DNA from: Dehalococcoidia bacterium
GTDB taxonomy: Bacteria > Chloroflexota > Dehalococcoidia > SZUA-161
Assembly (NCBI GenBank): GCA_014874385.1
Contig: JACWAE010000075.1
Coordinates: 7,693 to 71,692 of the forward strand
Reading direction: 5' to 3'
Length of the DNA stretch: 64,000 nucleotides
A program made the translations under genes and the position numbers. The notes under the pieces were generated by a model, which was given only the letters and a program-made list of their open reading frames with translations, was not told the origin of the DNA and searched no databases. Each line of letters starts with the position of its first letter. The first letter of the stretch is position 1. Of this stretch, positions 60,217 to 64,000 are shown one piece after another.

Positions 60217-61275
60217 CTATTCCTGGTACTCGGCGGGCGTTATGGTCATCTCCAACCTTGTGGTGAAGTTCCGCAGCACTACCATGTCCAGCTTTTTGCC
60301 GATAACGTCCCCGGTCAGCATGTGGTGTATGTCGTCCACCCCGGCCACCGGCTCCTGCCCCAGCGAGATGATGATGTCGCCCTCCCTCAAACCCGCAGCC
60401 TGAGCCGGACTACGGGGCGCTACGTTCATCACCTGTACGCCTGACTCGTTCTTCAGCAGGTAATACCTCACCACACGCACAGGCAGCGGCACCATCTGTC
60501 CCGAGATGCCCAGGTAGCCCCGGGTGATCTTGCCCTCTCTGATGAGCACGCTCACCACCCAGCGCAGCGTGTTCACCGGTATAGAGAAGCAAATGCCCTG
60601 CGCGAACTGGATAATCGCCGTATTTATGCCCACCACCAGGCCACGCGAGTCCACCAGCGGCCCGCCGCTGTTGCCCGGATTGAGCGCAGCATCCGTCTGT
60701 ATCATGTTCTCGATTAGCCTGCCGCTGCGGCTGCGCAGAGAGCGCCCCAGTGCGCTCACCACCCCTGCCGTAACCGTGCTCTGGAAGCCCAGCGGGTTGC
60801 CGATGGCGATGACCAACTGTCCCACCTTCAGCTTGCTCGAATCGCCCAGTTGCGCAATGGGCAGGCCCGAACCGGTGACCCTCACCAGGGCCAGGTCCGT
60901 AGCTGAGTCCTGGCCCACCAGATGGGCACTGTAATCGCTGCCGTCCGCCAGGCTCACCTCTATCTCGCCCGCGCCCTCCACAACGTGGCTGTTGGTCACC
61001 ACATACCCGTCGGGAGCTATGATTACCCCGGATGCGCTGCCTTCCCCCTCATTCGGCCATCTCCGGGGACGGTCAGAAGCTTTCTTCCTCACCCGTATGC
61101 TCACCACAGCAGGCCCTACCCTGGCCACTACGTTCGTCACAGCTTTAGAATAGGAATCCAGGAAGTCCGCTCCCTCCTCGAAAGAAGAAGGAGCCGGCTT
61201 CTCCGCCTCCGCAGCAGCCGGGTAATCCAGAAACTTAAGTTCGAAATCCGATGCTCCACCAGCTACATCCATCAC
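60217..61275 (-). CDS. HtrA/DegS-like serine protease with PDZ domain, no evident signal peptide
   Basis: TNSHVV, DLAL, QTDAALNPGNSGGPL, C-terminal PDZ. Confidence 0.93.
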   Translation of the reverse strand: MMDVAGGASDFELKFLDYPAAAEAEKPAPSSFEEGADFLDSYSKAVTNVVARVGPAVVSIRVRKKASDRPRRWPNEGEGSASGVIIAPDGYVVTNSHVVEGAGEIEVSLADGSDYSAHLVGQDSATDLALVRVTGSGLPIAQLGDSSKLKVGQLVIAIGNPLGFQSTVTAGVVSALGRSLRSRSGRLIENMIQTDAALNPGNSGGPLVDSRGLVVGINTAIIQFAQGICFSIPVNTLRWVVSVLIREGKITRGYLGISGQMVPLPVRVVRYYLLKNESGVQVMNVAPRSPAQAAGLREGDIIISLGQEPVAGVDDIHHMLTGDVIGKKLDMVVLRNFTTRLEMTITPAEYQE

Positions 61276-61453
61276 ATCCCTCCAGATTCCATGTTATCCC
61301 AACAGCGCGTCGAACGCAATCAAGCCAGTTAACGAAGCAGGAATCCGTCATGAAAATTACGATATTCACCAAGAAGAATGAAAATAGTCTTTCCCAGAGC
61401 AAAGACAACTAATAGGCTGTGGATGATAACATCCACAGAGAGCATAGAACGGG

Positions 61454-61851
61454 CCGTTCACCCTTCGACAGGCTCAGGGCGAACGGTAAAAACACTATTT
61501 CCAAAGGAATTACCTAACATAATCCCCCCTTTTTTAAACTTGTCCCTGACTCGTTCAGGGAGGGGGCAAGGGGGATTAGGCGCCTGAATCCTTCCTCGGT
61601 GTAGGAGCAGGTTGGAAACCTGCCCTACCGGTTATCTCAGGGCAAGAAGAACACCGGAAGGGGCGAGAGGATTGTGGTGAGGAGATTGCTTCGTCGTCCG
61701 GCAGTGTGTAAGGGCGAGTTAGAAACCAGATGTGTAGGGGTAGGGAGCGCGAATTATTCTCCCCCCTTTTCTAAAGGGGGCAAGGGGGATTAGGCACCTG
61801 AATCCTTTCTCGGTGTAGGGGCAGGTTGGAAACCTGCCCCTACTGGTTATC
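61454..61851. repeat. Repeat-rich intergenic region including a ~76-bp imperfect direct duplication
   Basis: 61561-61636 is nearly identical to 61775-61851; each has a GGGGGCAAGGGGGATT element and a GTAG REP. Confidence 0.85.
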
Positions 61852-62001
61852 ATCCCGAAGCCTGGTGACCTTAGACGAAGCCAGCAGCGCCACCCAATTA
61901 CGAACAACTATTTCCTCTTTTCTTACTTTCCTCTTGATTCTCACGGGAGCGACTCCTATAATCTCAACAGGCGTAAATTTCCTGAAAGAGGGGAGGCAGT
62001 C

Positions 62002-62697
62002 ATGGCAGAGCAAAGAAAACCTCCTTATATCGAGAAGGTTGACGAGAGAGGCAATTTAGAGGTGTGGATTGTCGACGGCACTTACATTCGCGGCAATATG
62101 GACGAGGAGTTCACCAATTTCGGCCAGCACTATCGCTACCACTACATTCCGATGAACGAATTCTGGATCGACCACGAAGCCGAGAATGATGAGCGACAGT
62201 TTTTCATTGAGCACCTGCTTATGGAACGCCGCCTCATGGCCAAGGGCATGCCTTATGAAGAAGCCATCGTAATTGCTGACCGTGCCGAGCGTAAAGAGCG
62301 CCGCCGCGCCGGCGACTTGAAAATCATGACCCACAAGGGAAAGACATTGCCCGAAGGCAAAGACGTTCACGAGAGGCTGTGGCGCAAACTGGAGGGCCGC
62401 CTCAGCGTCTGGATAGTCAACGGCAGGCTGGTGCGCAGCGCCTTCGACATCGACTTCACCGAAGGCGGGCATGACTACGTTTATGAGTTCGTGCCTGAGA
62501 ACGAGGCATGGATAGACAACGATATCGAGGAAGCCGAGCGCGGCTATGTGCTGCTGCACGAGCTCCACGAGCGAAACCGCATGGCCAGTGGCTGGCCTTA
62601 CAACAAGGCCCACGCCGAATCGAGCCGCCTGGAATACCACTGCCGCCATCACCCCGACGAGCTTCACGACAAGCTGGTAGACGAAGGCTGGGTCTAA
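62002..62697 (+). CDS. Hypothetical protein with an internally duplicated domain and His/Glu motifs
   Basis: VWIV(D/N)G..R...D..FT..G..Y.Y..(I/V)P.NE.WID occurs twice; LLHELHE in the second copy; GGGAGG SD. Confidence 0.8.
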   Translation: MAEQRKPPYIEKVDERGNLEVWIVDGTYIRGNMDEEFTNFGQHYRYHYIPMNEFWIDHEAENDERQFFIEHLLMERRLMAKGMPYEEAIVIADRAERKERRRAGDLKIMTHKGKTLPEGKDVHERLWRKLEGRLSVWIVNGRLVRSAFDIDFTEGGHDYVYEFVPENEAWIDNDIEEAERGYVLLHELHERNRMASGWPYNKAHAESSRLEYHCRHHPDELHDKLVDEGWV

Positions 62698-62716
62698 CCA
62701 CCCTATGCTCAAATTC

Positions 62717-62802
62717 GGGCAGACACACGGGTCTGCCCCTACGCCTGTGAGGACACGCCCTTCGATGGGGCTCAGGACAGGGCTTAGGGCGAACGGTTAA
62801 AA
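62717..62802. repeat. REP palindrome plus nested CCCTTCGA..TCAGG repeat
   Basis: GGGCAGAC..GTCTGCCCCTAC; CCCTTCGATGGGGCTCAGGACAGGGCTTAGGGCGAACGG. Confidence 0.75.
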
Positions 62803-62898
62803 GGCTATTTTCAAAGCAATCAAAGAGCTGTGGAGGACCCTTCTACGGAAAGGTCACAGCGGGCAGAAAAAGCCGGACGAATCTCAGAGTAGCAGACA

Positions 62899-63486
62899 AT
62901 GGAAAACGAAGTCCTTCTAACCGATGGTTCGATAACGCTCCGGCCTCTCCAACCCAGCGACGCTTTGCCCCTCTATCAGGCGGTGCGGGAATCCCTCCCC
63001 GAGCTCCTGCCCTGGATGCCTTGGGCATATGCCGATTACTCCATCAAGGATAGCAGGAAATGGTTAGAGTCATGTGCCAGGACATGGGCCAAAGGCAAAG
63101 AGTACAATTTCGTCATAATAGATTCCAGGGACGGCAGCCTCCTCGGCGGCTGCGGCCTGAACCAGGTCAGGCGCAGGACACGCTTCGCCAACCTCGGCTA
63201 CTGGGTGCGGAGCAAATACACCGGGAAAGGGGTTGCCACCGCAGCGGCGCTGCTGGTATCGCGTTTCGGATTCGACGAGCTGGGTTTGACCCGTATCGAG
63301 ATCGGCGCTGCCACCAGCAACAATGCCAGCCTGCGTGTGGCGGAGAAGGTGGGCGCTGCCCGGCAGGGGATTCAAAAGAGAAAGATAACCTTCCGCAACA
63401 AGGTCTACGACAGGGAGGTGTTTTCACTGACTCCGAAAGACCTCGAAAACCGCGGGCAGAGCGAGCTGTCCAGGGCTTGTCCATAG
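62899..63486 (+). CDS. GNAT acetyltransferase, RimJ/RimL family
   Basis: LLPWMPWA, NLGYWV, GKGVAT, NNASLRVAEKVG. Confidence 0.92.
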   Translation: MENEVLLTDGSITLRPLQPSDALPLYQAVRESLPELLPWMPWAYADYSIKDSRKWLESCARTWAKGKEYNFVIIDSRDGSLLGGCGLNQVRRRTRFANLGYWVRSKYTGKGVATAAALLVSRFGFDELGLTRIEIGAATSNNASLRVAEKVGAARQGIQKRKITFRNKVYDREVFSLTPKDLENRGQSELSRACP

Positions 63487-63599
63487 TCTGTCCAACGGCG
63501 TAACCACCTCTGGATTCATACTTGCACCGTTCCATAATTAGGTGCATAATATCCCCCCTGATTCTATCATTTATGTAATCTTGTTACAGAGATATTGAA

Positions 63600-64000
63600 G
63601 TGCAGCACATACCCTCGACAAAGCTATCAAGGCTTGCTCAGGAACTGGGGATCGAGACCTGCCTGGAATTCGATGCGGGGCTGCTTGTTCCGGAGCAAAG
63701 GATAAGAGACCTTTGCTTTGAAAACAGATGCGGTAACTACGGCAATAACTATATGTGTCCGCCTCATATAGGCTCAGTGGAGGAAATCAAGGTTCGACTC
63801 AAGGAGTTCCGGCAGGGTGTCTTGCTGCAATATTCGAAAGCGCTGGATGTTACCAGCGACATCAAAGGGCTGAGGCAGACCAAGGTTGACTTTCATAATA
63901 TGGTGCTGCGACTGGAAGAGTGCCTGAGAAGCAGAGGGCTAAAGCAGGTATGGGGGATGATCGGAGGTAACTGCGCACTCTGCGAGATTTGCAAAGCCGA
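63600..64000 (+). CDS. DUF2284 Cys-rich metal-binding protein (runs off the window edge)
   Basis: Not in ORF track; GTG 63600 gives ...RIRDLCFENRCGNYGNNYMCPPH...GGNCALCEIC. Confidence 0.8.
   Translation, partial: MQHIPSTKLSRLAQELGIETCLEFDAGLLVPEQRIRDLCFENRCGNYGNNYMCPPHIGSVEEIKVRLKEFRQGVLLQYSKALDVTSDIKGLRQTKVDFHNMVLRLEECLRSRGLKQVWGMIGGNCALCEICKA

Noticed and set aside
61454-61851. CRISPR array
   Set aside because: Only two long imperfect copies, no regular repeat-spacer period and no cas genes.

Overview
Ordinary chromosomal segment of an anaerobic bacterium, probably Chloroflexota/Dehalococcoidia. That taxonomy is inferred from gene content and order and was not searched. Core genes include argJ, argBDGH, rpe, rpmB, a DAK2/FakA gene, recG, argS, trpS, suhB and ktrAB. 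They are interleaved with catabolic and accessory genes: an alkyl-DHAP-synthase-like/CCG/GlpA-like/FGGY operon, a sugar ABC transporter, an aldehyde:ferredoxin oxidoreductase, an ArsR + P1B ATPase pair, a TIR protein and a low-GC phosphatase islet. Many short palindromic repeats (GTAG-type REPs and other families) fill the intergenic spaces. The standout is at 48486-48745, upstream of a double-cubane-cluster reductase gene. There a sigma70 promoter and strong SD precede a 42-codon leader ORF with two in-frame UGA codons (T-U-V-U). A hairpin follows whose GCAGGT lies in the same register as in the E. coli fdhF SECIS, then candidate antiterminator segments and an intrinsic terminator. This architecture suggests a selenocysteine-sensing transcription attenuator. 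The ORF track also misses an intact YfhL/Alvin-type 2[4Fe-4S] ferredoxin that appears to start at ATA (16454-16732, minus). No rRNA, tRNA, CRISPR array or intact transposase was recognised.
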